A stretch of 60,203 nt of DNA, taken from the IMG/VR virus record IMGVR_UViG_3300044624_002303, positions 1-60,203 of that record. One strand, 5' to 3'. This document shows, piece after piece, positions 16,343-24,787 of this stretch (position 1 is the first letter of the stretch; each line of letters starts with the position of its first letter). The position numbers were made by a program, and so were the translations under genes. The notes under the pieces were generated by a model. It was not told the origin of the DNA and did not search any database. It worked only from the letters and a program-made list of their open reading frames with translations. The stretch comes from a virus. Lineage: Duplodnaviria; Caudoviricetes.

Positions 16343-17612
16343 AAAGACTAAAGTGCTTTGGGTTGCAGATTTTGCAGCAATGACAGGGTTTGGTCGTGTA
16401 TCAAGTGGCGTGCTGCCGCGTTTAAAAGACGATTTTGAATTTATTGTCTTGGCTTGTAACTGGCATGGAGATCCTACGCCAGAACAAAAAGACTTCAAAA
16501 TGTATCCGGCATCTAATCGTTTTCAACAAGCGCCATTTGGTGAACAACGTATTCGTGAGATTGTTGAGCGTGAACAACCAGACATCGTGTTTAGCCTCAA
16601 CGATCCTTGGATCGTAAGTGAACAATACCGACAAATCGAAGACCTACATAAAGCCGGTAATTTTAAATTTGTCGGCTATCTCACAATGGATAGTTACAAC
16701 TGGATTGGAGGCATTGATCCACACATCAACGCTTGGGATGCGGTAGTTGCTTTTACAGAGTTTGGTGCTTATGAATTTGCAAAAGCAGGTATTAATCGAC
16801 CAATTGCTGTCATTCCACATGGAATTGATTGCAACTTGTTCTATCCAGTTGATCGTGATGAATGCCGCCGCAAGCTTGGATTAGAAAAAGATTTGTTTAT
16901 TGTTTTTAACGGAAACAGAAATCAATTCCGGAAACGGATTGATATTACAATCCAAGGTTTTGCCAAGTTTGCAGTTGGCAAGCCGGAAACCAAGCTTTAT
17001 CTCCATATGGGCCTGAAAGATCAAGGGTGGGACGTAATGGGTATATTTGCCAGGGAAATGTCCAAAGTTGGTTTGGACCCAAACAATCGCATCATTATGA
17101 CTACGCAGACGGATGGCCCTCCAAACGTATCGGTAGAAATGCTCAACACCATCTACAACGCATGTGATGTAGGCGTTAATACAACCAAAGGGGGTGGTTG
17201 GGAGCTTGTCAACTTTGAACACGCTGCCTGTGGTGTGCCGCAGGTAGTGCCTGACCATACGTCATGCAAAGAGATTTTTGAGGGCTATGGCGAACTGATC
17301 CGTTGTGACCACATCGATGTGGACACCAACTACGCACGTGAGATGCCATGCCCGTCCTCTGACCACCTTGCTGAGATCTTGGAGTACCTGTACCAAGACA
17401 AAGGCATTCGTGAATGGGTTGGCACACGCTGCCGGGAACGTGTGATGGATCCACAGTTCTCATGGGACACAGTTGCGTCTCAATTTGGCGGCATCTTTGA
17501 GGATGTCATGAACCAGGTTGATCATTCAGTCCCGGTTGAGATCAGTGAGAAGCCACGGAAACGGAAGAAAAGCCGGACTCTGCGGAAAGAGATGGCAGCC
17601 GCTGTAAGCTAA
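16335..17612 (+). CDS. glycosyltransferase family 4 (GT-B)
   Basis: TGFGRV, IPHGID, NRNQFRKRID, YNACDV..NTT.GGGWELVNFEHAACGVPQV. Confidence 0.88.
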   Translation: MTKKTKVLWVADFAAMTGFGRVSSGVLPRLKDDFEFIVLACNWHGDPTPEQKDFKMYPASNRFQQAPFGEQRIREIVEREQPDIVFSLNDPWIVSEQYRQIEDLHKAGNFKFVGYLTMDSYNWIGGIDPHINAWDAVVAFTEFGAYEFAKAGINRPIAVIPHGIDCNLFYPVDRDECRRKLGLEKDLFIVFNGNRNQFRKRIDITIQGFAKFAVGKPETKLYLHMGLKDQGWDVMGIFAREMSKVGLDPNNRIIMTTQTDGPPNVSVEMLNTIYNACDVGVNTTKGGGWELVNFEHAACGVPQVVPDHTSCKEIFEGYGELIRCDHIDVDTNYAREMPCPSSDHLAEILEYLYQDKGIREWVGTRCRERVMDPQFSWDTVASQFGGIFEDVMNQVDHSVPVEISEKPRKRKKSRTLRKEMAAAVS

Positions 17613-17631
17613 TCAGGTCCAAGGGGACCAG

Positions 17632-17658
17632 GCCTCTGCATCTAGCAGGGGCTTTTTT
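17632..17658 (+). terminator. Rho-independent terminator
   Basis: GCCTCTGC-ATCTA-GCAGGGGC-TTTTTT after the glycosyltransferase. Confidence 0.7.
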
Positions 17659-17726
17659 GTGTCCACAAGAAGGTATGTGCGGCAAGTGAGGGAGTCAACC
17701 GCCTTGTATAAGGGAGACTACCCCCG

Positions 17727-17876
17727 TATTTACCATAAGGAAGTCGTGAGCAGTTTTTGTCGGAAAGTGTCTCTAATGAGAATGGCTCTCAGTATTAAGT
17801 GAGACGCAAATGAGACAAAACTAAGAAGTGAGACACTTTTCAAGAAAAACAGCTCACGACTCTAATATAGTAAATA
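17727..17876. repeat. long imperfect inverted repeat, candidate replication origin
   Basis: Arms 17742-17773 and 17830-17861 match at 28/32; outer TATTTACCATA/TATAGTAAATA; repeated TGAGAC/TGAGAA inside; non-coding. Confidence 0.6.
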
Positions 17877-17943
17877 AGTATGTAGACACCTTTAAATACC
17901 CCGCCACTACAGGTTTCTACCTGGGTAACGGTGTATACTTTCC

Positions 17944-18399
17944 TTGTTCAGCACCTCTCTATCCCTAGTGGCACGCACTTATCACGAAATGCCGCCCCTG
18001 TGGTGGCTACAAGAGCACCTAGAACTCACCTCTGACTACCTTTCCGGTCTCAAGTGGAAGACAGCCGGCCGCCTTCATGAACCCGGTGATCAAGCTGGAG
18101 TACTTCGCCCTGACGGCAGGTTCTATACCATCTCCTTGCTGGGTACAAAATATCCAGCGCATCGAGTGGTGTACTACTTGCGTACTGGTACAAATCCGGA
18201 GAATGCAGACGTACTACACGATAAGGACAACAACGCTCGTGACAACCGCCTAAAGCTGACCCTGTATCAACGCAGAACACTTCCTGCACCCAGGTACCGT
18301 CGCCGTGTCAGGAATGAAGAAGGCAACCTTGTTTTCAGAGATCCATACACCAACTACTCCTTTGTTTCCAAAAACCCAACTGAGACTCAACATGGCTGA
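17944..18399 (+). CDS. HNH-related protein (degenerate)
   Basis: SGLKWK...AG...YPAHRVVYYLRTGTNP...VLH, similar to the N-terminal part of the 5736 gene. Confidence 0.65.
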   Translation: MFSTSLSLVARTYHEMPPLWWLQEHLELTSDYLSGLKWKTAGRLHEPGDQAGVLRPDGRFYTISLLGTKYPAHRVVYYLRTGTNPENADVLHDKDNNARDNRLKLTLYQRRTLPAPRYRRRVRNEEGNLVFRDPYTNYSFVSKNPTETQHG

Positions 18400-19132
18400 C
18401 ATCACCAAGCAACTCATCAACGCTGCCAAATTAATTTCTATTGTTCCGTACATTCCTGACATCAATGAAATAGATGCTGATGAATTGGCATCACACGGTT
18501 TTTATCGTGGTTACTACTGCGTCCACGGCCATCGCATACGCCATAAAGAACAGCAGTGGTGTTATGAATGTGTACGTAAGATCCAAAGCAATGCCTGTGG
18601 TTTTGACATTAACTATCTCAACAAGAATTACAAAGCCAGACTATTGGGTCTCTGGAACCAGATCGCTGTTGGTGCGTGGGATGAGTGTTGGGAGGTTCCT
18701 TGGTTGGGAGGCAAACGCATACGTTTCCCTTCGTACCGCACGTTATATAACAACAAGACTAATGACAACATCAGTGTTCACAAAGCGATTTACCAATGCG
18801 CCTGGGGTGATGTTGGCAAAATGTTTGTGACACGCACATGCAAAAACAAAGCCTGTCTCAATCCTCTCCATCTAGTCTCAAGTTGGAATCGTACTTTTCC
18901 ACCTAAAACTATCCACCCATTTTGCGTTGAGTTTGATCCAGCAAAGTCAATGCATTATGCGCAAAATCAACTAAGAGATAAACCTCTCCCTATTATTGAA
19001 CAACAATACAAAAACACCATTCAACATCCGTTGGTACACAAAAATACCCCGGATTATGATGAAGAACAGGAGTTGTATTACGGTTCATATGTCCAGGAGT
19101 TCGGTAAGTCAACCACAAAGAACTCAGAATAA
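18392..19132 (+). CDS. His-Me finger (zinc-binding loop) endonuclease-like protein
   Basis: CVHGH..CYEC; ECWE..; VHKAIY...TRTCKNKACLNPLHL. Confidence 0.65.
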   Translation: MADITKQLINAAKLISIVPYIPDINEIDADELASHGFYRGYYCVHGHRIRHKEQQWCYECVRKIQSNACGFDINYLNKNYKARLLGLWNQIAVGAWDECWEVPWLGGKRIRFPSYRTLYNNKTNDNISVHKAIYQCAWGDVGKMFVTRTCKNKACLNPLHLVSSWNRTFPPKTIHPFCVEFDPAKSMHYAQNQLRDKPLPIIEQQYKNTIQHPLVHKNTPDYDEEQELYYGSYVQEFGKSTTKNSE

Positions 19133-20006
19133 TCCTTTAAGTCTTGGTACGTTCAGTCAAACCTCACTGCGCTACCTTAAGGGAACTCTTGGACCACAGT
19201 GGAAAGTTGTTGGGCGTGCTGATACCAACCAAACATCTAATGGTGGTATTGGTGGAGGCACGTTCAATCATTGGTTTGTTGTCACACTTGCGGAACCTGG
19301 TTGGATCATTCTTACCAAGGGACCACCGCGTCCTAAGTACATTCAAGTTTCTGCCTATGACTTAGAAAAAAATCCAATCCAAGGCAATCCGATCTTTGAT
19401 GCGGATTCTGTTCAGATAGATACCAACGGTTCAACTTACATCCCGTATTTAGATACGGTGATGAGTGCGCAGTCTGATCTTTACAACACGTACATGCGCA
19501 ATCGCCTGGATCGAGGCGATGATCGTTACTATCCACTGAGTGCCGGTAGCTATCTCATCTGTGTTTCATCCACACGCAACGAAACACTTGAGTATGAACT
19601 TGGTGTTGTTATTGAATTCCCAGTTGACGAAACGTTTTTTGAGCTAGAAGATGTTGACGGTTCTGTTTGTTTACAAGAAACTGAAATTGATGCCCCAAGT
19701 ATTAATAGCCCTGTCTCTTCTGATATCCTTATTCCTCTTGGCGCCAATGCTTTTACTCAAACAAGTTGCACAATTGAAGCAGGTGTTACTGTAACCGTTT
19801 CCAATGGCTCTACATGGCTCATTGGTGAACGCATTCCAGTTGGTGATTTTGACAACTTTAAAATCATTCTTGAGGTAGGAGATGATGCGTATTACGACAC
19901 AATCCATGATCATTCACTGTCAGAATGGCAAGATGCATGGGAGAGGGAACACCAAGACACTGATCGCTTCCCTGAACTCTTTGTACCTTTGACTAACAGA
20001 CCATGA
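19089..20006 (+). CDS. hypothetical protein, possibly virion-associated
   Basis: ATG at 19089; beta-rich 305 aa ORF. Confidence 0.65.
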   Translation: MSRSSVSQPQRTQNNPLSLGTFSQTSLRYLKGTLGPQWKVVGRADTNQTSNGGIGGGTFNHWFVVTLAEPGWIILTKGPPRPKYIQVSAYDLEKNPIQGNPIFDADSVQIDTNGSTYIPYLDTVMSAQSDLYNTYMRNRLDRGDDRYYPLSAGSYLICVSSTRNETLEYELGVVIEFPVDETFFELEDVDGSVCLQETEIDAPSINSPVSSDILIPLGANAFTQTSCTIEAGVTVTVSNGSTWLIGERIPVGDFDNFKIILEVGDDAYYDTIHDHSLSEWQDAWEREHQDTDRFPELFVPLTNRP

Positions 20007-20125
20007 TCAAACAACTACTTGCTTTGTTTCGCAAAAAACCACCTAAGCATTATCCACGTGTTGCGTGGTTGCGTTATTGTATAGAAAACCCTGACGCTCC
20101 AGGGTGTCGTATCTATGATGTCTAA
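20003..20125 (+). CDS. cp12: minimal CP12-like peptide (absent from the ORF track)
   Basis: 40 aa ending YCIENPDAPGCRIYDV, matching the CP12 C-terminal CxxxPxxxxCxxYD motif; ATGA and TAATG coupled. Confidence 0.6.
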   Translation: MIKQLLALFRKKPPKHYPRVAWLRYCIENPDAPGCRIYDV

Positions 20126-20253
20126 TGGAACCAGAAAAGAAACCTGAGGTCAAAGAACTTAAGCCAAGGCCTGTTTACACGGAAGCAACTGAAAAAGACT
20201 GGGAAGACTTCTTTGCTGTGCAAGAAGATCTTGACAATTTATTTGATCGATGA
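20125..20253 (+). CDS. 42 aa acidic peptide (absent from the ORF track)
   Basis: MEPEKKPEVKELKPRPVYTEATEKDWEDFFAVQEDLDNLFDR; TAATG coupling. Confidence 0.5.
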   Translation: MEPEKKPEVKELKPRPVYTEATEKDWEDFFAVQEDLDNLFDR

Positions 20254-20289
20254 CATCCAGTCTTACAATAAAAGAAACGGGAAATACCC

Positions 20290-20454
20290 ATGCATTCCTT
20301 TAATCAGTATTTAGAAGTAGCACTGGCTATTCATGCTGCTTGTTCTGCTATCTGCGCTTTAACCCCGACACCTAAAGACGATAAACTTGTACGCAAGCTT
20401 TATCGGATCATTGAAATTGGTGGTCTTGTTATTGGTCGTACTAAACAGCGTTGA
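20290..20454 (+). CDS. small membrane protein (TPTPKDD type), possible holin
   Basis: MHSFNQYLEVALAIHAACSAICALTPTPKDDKLVRKLYRIIE...; near the endolysin. Confidence 0.55.
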   Translation: MHSFNQYLEVALAIHAACSAICALTPTPKDDKLVRKLYRIIEIGGLVIGRTKQR

Positions 20455-20616
20455 TTAATCAGGCAATGCCTGAAACCAAAATACGCACCCGCCTTGTTCT
20501 TCTACCCAATCTCTGGTTTCATATGCGTGCTCCTTTGGTAGGGTCACGCATTTTTTATCGTCTCCAATTTGCCAGCACATATTGACCCTTATGCGGGGCT
20601 CCTTGTATTTTTTCAC
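20455..20616 (-). CDS. small hypothetical protein
   Basis: GTG right after the endolysin stop; frame open to 20688. Confidence 0.5.
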   Translation of the reverse strand: MKKYKEPRIRVNMCWQIGDDKKCVTLPKEHAYETRDWVEEQGGCVFWFQALPD

Positions 20617-20617
20617 G

Positions 20618-21628
20618 TCAGTAATCCCAGCGTACGCGTGGTTTGCCTTCTCTAATACCAAGATGCACGAATCCTTTTGGTGCACCATAGCCTAGCGAGT
20701 AAGGCCAGTTTTTGTCACACCAGTCTTGCACAGTGTAGACACTGACCCCATCAACGTAAAAGTCGATAGCTCCCTTGGAAGGAGCGCTGTAAGTGTGCTC
20801 ACTGTTTTTAGCACCTCCTACTTGTGCATTGATGGGTTCTGGACGAGAAGCACTGGTAATGATCAATGGCTTGTTACCAAACTGCTTACGTACTTTCTCA
20901 AGGAATAAACACAGTTCTTTTGCTGTGTCGCATTGATATTGCTTGGTAAAACGCCGAGCCTCCTGATTCAAAGTTAATTCACCGTACGTGATGTTAGGTG
21001 TGATCTTGTACGTGAATGGGCTCCAAGGATTGAAATTGTTGTTGTGTGGGTTGGCATCTTCTTTTTCTCCAATGTTTTGGAGTTGTCGATCCATGATCTG
21101 AATCAACTTGGTGGCGTAGTCAGGATCAGTTGCGTAGCCTTCTTTTACCAGTAAACGAGCGCATTCATTCCTGCTAGAGGCACGGTTTACGCCTTTAAAA
21201 CGCCCAAAGTCTTTGTACCAGCGATCAACAAGGTAACAAACACAGGTCTGTAGGTCGGGAAAATCAATAAAACCAGCTTTGATTGTGACCCATTGACCGT
21301 TGATGAATTCTTGAGTACTGACGTTAGAGCCCGATCCTTTTAAACCAAAGTAGTTGTTTTTACCAGATGTGTGTTTACCCCAGCCTGACTCAAGCGCCCA
21401 CTGTGCAGCAACACATTCAGGCCATTTAGCACCAGCTTGTTTTGCTGCTGCAAGAACACCATCCCAAGTGTTGGCGGTTTCTGGTTGAGGTTTTGGTTTA
21501 TTGCGGTATTTAACAGAAAAGAACTCCAGTGTCTCAGGTGTCAACTGAGATTGGAGCCATTCCCATGCGTCAATTTGATGCGGTTCTTCTACAAAAAACT
21601 TAGCAGCGTCCGTAAGTTTGATTGGCAT
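20618..21628 (-). CDS. endolysin: GH73 glucosaminidase plus peptidase M15
   Basis: AAQWALESGWG..NNYFGLKG...GYATDPDY (GH73); ITSASR..N..VGGAKNSEH..AIDF...FVHLG (M15). Confidence 0.9.
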   Translation of the reverse strand: MPIKLTDAAKFFVEEPHQIDAWEWLQSQLTPETLEFFSVKYRNKPKPQPETANTWDGVLAAAKQAGAKWPECVAAQWALESGWGKHTSGKNNYFGLKGSGSNVSTQEFINGQWVTIKAGFIDFPDLQTCVCYLVDRWYKDFGRFKGVNRASSRNECARLLVKEGYATDPDYATKLIQIMDRQLQNIGEKEDANPHNNNFNPWSPFTYKITPNITYGELTLNQEARRFTKQYQCDTAKELCLFLEKVRKQFGNKPLIITSASRPEPINAQVGGAKNSEHTYSAPSKGAIDFYVDGVSVYTVQDWCDKNWPYSLGYGAPKGFVHLGIREGKPRVRWDY

Positions 21629-21671
21629 ATCGACCTAGAGCTTTTGTATTACTCTAGATCAGGTCAATAAA

Positions 21672-22052
21672 CTACTTGGGGTTTACATAACCAATGCTGT
21701 ACGGCAATGGCGGAAGTGGATCGGGTGCGCCCCAGGGTAGTCCAAGCTCATGTGTTGGATGCAGAAGTTCTTGCAAGCGAGCTTCAATATCAGCTTCAAT
21801 TGCTTTTACTTCATCTGCACCTAGGGCATCACGGCACCAACCAACTGCAGTTTCCTTGTTAAGGCTGGTGTAAGGAACCCATTTCTTTGGATCTGCCGGA
21901 GAGAGCTCAACAATACCTGTTGTACTAACGGTATGTTTTCCTTCTGTTTTGTAGGCAGTCCAATGAATAGAAAAGACCTCACCACCTGGATAAGCAATGC
22001 TATCCGGCAGTTTACGGTCTAAGTTCCTAATACCCCACTTAACAGGATTCAT
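21672..22052 (-). CDS. tail-fibre-associated protein, paralog of 22270
   Basis: WGIRNLDR...VFSIHWTA...WVPYTSL..ETAVGWC..ALG...LHPT..GLPW. Confidence 0.7.
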   Translation of the reverse strand: MNPVKWGIRNLDRKLPDSIAYPGGEVFSIHWTAYKTEGKHTVSTTGIVELSPADPKKWVPYTSLNKETAVGWCRDALGADEVKAIEADIEARLQELLHPTHELGLPWGAPDPLPPLPYSIGYVNPK

Positions 22053-22055
22053 TGA

Positions 22056-22235
22056 TCACTCTTCTGTTTCAACCTTTTCTTCAGCTTGAGTCTCTTCCTC
22101 TGGAGCAAACTCAATCGTGTCAATCAATTGACCGATAAGGTTTGCAGAAAAAGCAATGAGGTTGCCGTCACCAGTGGCACGTGCAGAACCAAAGGAATTA
22201 ATGGCGCTAACTAGCTGAGACTTTGTGCAAGCCAT
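22056..22235 (-). CDS. 59 aa hypothetical protein (absent from the ORF track)
   Basis: MACTKSQLVSAINSFGSARATGDGNLIAF...; fills the gap. Confidence 0.6.
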   Translation of the reverse strand: MACTKSQLVSAINSFGSARATGDGNLIAFSANLIGQLIDTIEFAPEEETQAEEKVETEE

Positions 22236-22269
22236 AATGAACAGATAACTTCAAAGAGTATAACAAAAA

Positions 22270-22593
22270 TCACCAGGGAACGCCAGATTCAGAAGTTGGA
22301 TGCAGTTTGGCTTGGATTTGGTTGTGCAATGCTTCTTCAATCGAAACAACTTGATCAACGCCAAGTGCTGCCAAGGTCCAGTTCACTGCTTCTTCTTTAG
22401 TGAGTTCACTAAAAGGAGTGAAGTTATCGGGGTCGGGTTCACCAAGGCCAACGCTGCCGTAACAACTGGCGGTTTCACCGTCTTCCTCGAGGGATGCAGT
22501 CCAATGGACGGTGTATACAGCGCCATCAGGACAGGTGTCACCATCAGGAAGATGACGTTCGAGGTTAGCAATATCCCAAACAGTGTTAGCCAT
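22270..22593 (-). CDS. tail-fibre-associated (assembly chaperone-like) protein
   Basis: WDIANLER...VYTVHWTA...FTPFSELT.EEAVNW..ALG...PTSESGVPW; directly downstream of the tail fibre. Confidence 0.7.
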   Translation of the reverse strand: MANTVWDIANLERHLPDGDTCPDGAVYTVHWTASLEEDGETASCYGSVGLGEPDPDNFTPFSELTKEEAVNWTLAALGVDQVVSIEEALHNQIQAKLHPTSESGVPW

Positions 22594-22642
22594 AATCAAT
22601 GATGTTTTCTTTTATTTTACCAGGTGTGATTAGTGAGTAGGA

Positions 22643-24751
22643 CTACGAGGCTTCAAGAGCTGCAACGCGATCTTTCAGAGATGCGATCTCAGCGATAGCT
22701 TCCTGCAACGCAGCCGTCAGCAAGGGCACCAGCTTGGACTGGTCGATGCCTTGGTAGACGGGATTGCCGTCATCATCCACTTCATCCTTGGTGCCAGTGA
22801 CGCACTCGGGAACAACGGCTTGTGCTTCGTGAGCGATGAAGCCGTCGACGGTTTTGTCCGGATCCGCGATGAAGTTGAAGCGCTTCACTTGAAGCTGATT
22901 GAGGCGATCAGCAGCGCCGGTCAGCTGGACAACGTTTTCCTTGAGGCGATAGTCGGAAGAGGTGTTGTAGGCGGTGGCGGTGGTGGTGATGGAGATGGTG
23001 CCAACAAGCGTGCCGCTTCTGTAAAAGCCCGTAGATGCTCCGTCACTATTTCTATTGACAAATAGCGAGCTTCCATCACCCCTAGACAAGAATATGGCGC
23101 CGTTTGCAGGCTCTATACCGATACCTACGGTTGTATTCGATAATCCTGGTGTATCTGTTGTGGTTTGCCCAATCCTGAACGATCCGTTTGCTCCAATCCT
23201 CATCCTCTCCGTCGGGCTGCTTGCTCCATCGGCGGTAGTGGAGAACACTAAACGGCCCGGCATATCCGATGCACCAGTTCCTCCATCTACAGACGACGAA
23301 ATAGAAGCTGCATCACGCCAAGTACTACCATCGGCCCCACGGAAGACCAACGCGCCTAAACGATCTCCGTTTTCTACTTTGGTGAACGAGCCGTCCGTAG
23401 TTCCTCTAGAACGACAAATATCAAGGTTTGGCGCTGCATCACCTAAGCCAGTGCCGCTGTATCCAGCAAATGTAGCGCCTCCATACGTTGAATCTCCGGT
23501 AACAACAAAAGACGCATTTTGTTGAAACCTTATGTTAGAAGTCGAAGTCGTGCCAACTAAGAGCCTGCCGGAGCTGTCGATGCGGGCAACTTCACTAGCG
23601 CCGATATTGGCAATAAACGGTGCATTGCTTGCGTCTGCAGTAAACGTTGCGGTCCGTGCTTGGCTAATGTTAAGCGCAGTGTTTCCTGCGGCATTTACTA
23701 TTGAGAGCCCATTGGTGCCGTTTTGGTCAATGTCGTTGATAATTGACCAACGAGGGGTGGTAGTGCTGGATACCCTGTTGTAAAGGTTGACGCGTGCTGC
23801 CCTGTTGCTAGTGCCAGAACCTGCGGAAATGTGTAGCTGGGCTTGTCCAGTTGTGCTGTTTTCTACTTTGAGGACAACATTTACATCGCCGCCAGAGCTT
23901 TTAAGTAAATGCAAATCCGAATCTGGGCTAGTAGTGCCAATCCCTACACGGTCTGACGAATCAACAAAAATAGGTGTTGTTGCGCTTGTGAATCCGTTAG
24001 TTGTTCTCTGTAAGGCAAAGGTTCCGTTATTGTTCAGTGTCCACCTGAAGCCAGTGCCGCCTGCCGCTTGAAGGGCTGTTAGTTGGCCAAAAGGAGTGAC
24101 GGAAGCAATGCCTCCTGCTGCTTGAAACAGAAAGTCAGGGCTAATAGTCCCCAGACCTAGGCGGCCATCGGAAGTAAATCGAGCACGCTCGGAACCATCA
24201 ACACGAATGTCAATATATGATGCGCTAGCAACATTGCCTTCATCAGCTCGAATGGAGAGTGCTCCGTTGTTATTAAGTATTTCGGCGTAGGAGTTATCTG
24301 TTGTATCGCGCAGCCTTGCGATAGGCAAAGCAGAAGTTATTTCAAAATCAGAGCTTGGCGAACCTCCAATTCCTACTTGTCCAGTTGCATTAATGAACAA
24401 CCGCCCAGTGCCATTAGTCGAGATGGCTACTTGGTCTGCGCCGGGGGAGTATAGTCCAGAATTTGCGTCCCCGCTGAAACTAATTGATGGGTTGGAAGCA
24501 CTACCTAATGCAAATACACCTGAAGTAATTGTGGCAACACCACCGGTAACCGTGGTAAAAGCTGCAGCACCACCAGTGATTGTTGCACCAGATACTGTTT
24601 GGCCTCGAATCGTATTACCAGAAACAGTGCCAGTTACCGTAATATTGCCGCTAAAAGTCGGGTTCTGAACTAACCCAGAAATTGTAACGCTCTTATCAAC
24701 ACCAGCATCGGTGAAAGTAATCGTATCTACTTTAATAGTGCCGTAAGCCAT
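22643..24751 (-). CDS. tail fibre with C-terminal peptidase S74 intramolecular chaperone
   Basis: Repeated (R/Q)VGIGTxSP modules; TSSDYRLKENV...GFIAHE...GIDQSKLVPLLTAALQE. Confidence 0.9.
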   Translation of the reverse strand: MAYGTIKVDTITFTDAGVDKSVTISGLVQNPTFSGNITVTGTVSGNTIRGQTVSGATITGGAAAFTTVTGGVATITSGVFALGSASNPSISFSGDANSGLYSPGADQVAISTNGTGRLFINATGQVGIGGSPSSDFEITSALPIARLRDTTDNSYAEILNNNGALSIRADEGNVASASYIDIRVDGSERARFTSDGRLGLGTISPDFLFQAAGGIASVTPFGQLTALQAAGGTGFRWTLNNNGTFALQRTTNGFTSATTPIFVDSSDRVGIGTTSPDSDLHLLKSSGGDVNVVLKVENSTTGQAQLHISAGSGTSNRAARVNLYNRVSSTTTPRWSIINDIDQNGTNGLSIVNAAGNTALNISQARTATFTADASNAPFIANIGASEVARIDSSGRLLVGTTSTSNIRFQQNASFVVTGDSTYGGATFAGYSGTGLGDAAPNLDICRSRGTTDGSFTKVENGDRLGALVFRGADGSTWRDAASISSSVDGGTGASDMPGRLVFSTTADGASSPTERMRIGANGSFRIGQTTTDTPGLSNTTVGIGIEPANGAIFLSRGDGSSLFVNRNSDGASTGFYRSGTLVGTISITTTATAYNTSSDYRLKENVVQLTGAADRLNQLQVKRFNFIADPDKTVDGFIAHEAQAVVPECVTGTKDEVDDDGNPVYQGIDQSKLVPLLTAALQEAIAEIASLKDRVAALEAS

Positions 24752-24787
24752 TTTGTTGTCTCTTTTTGTTTATTTTAGCGGAAAAAA

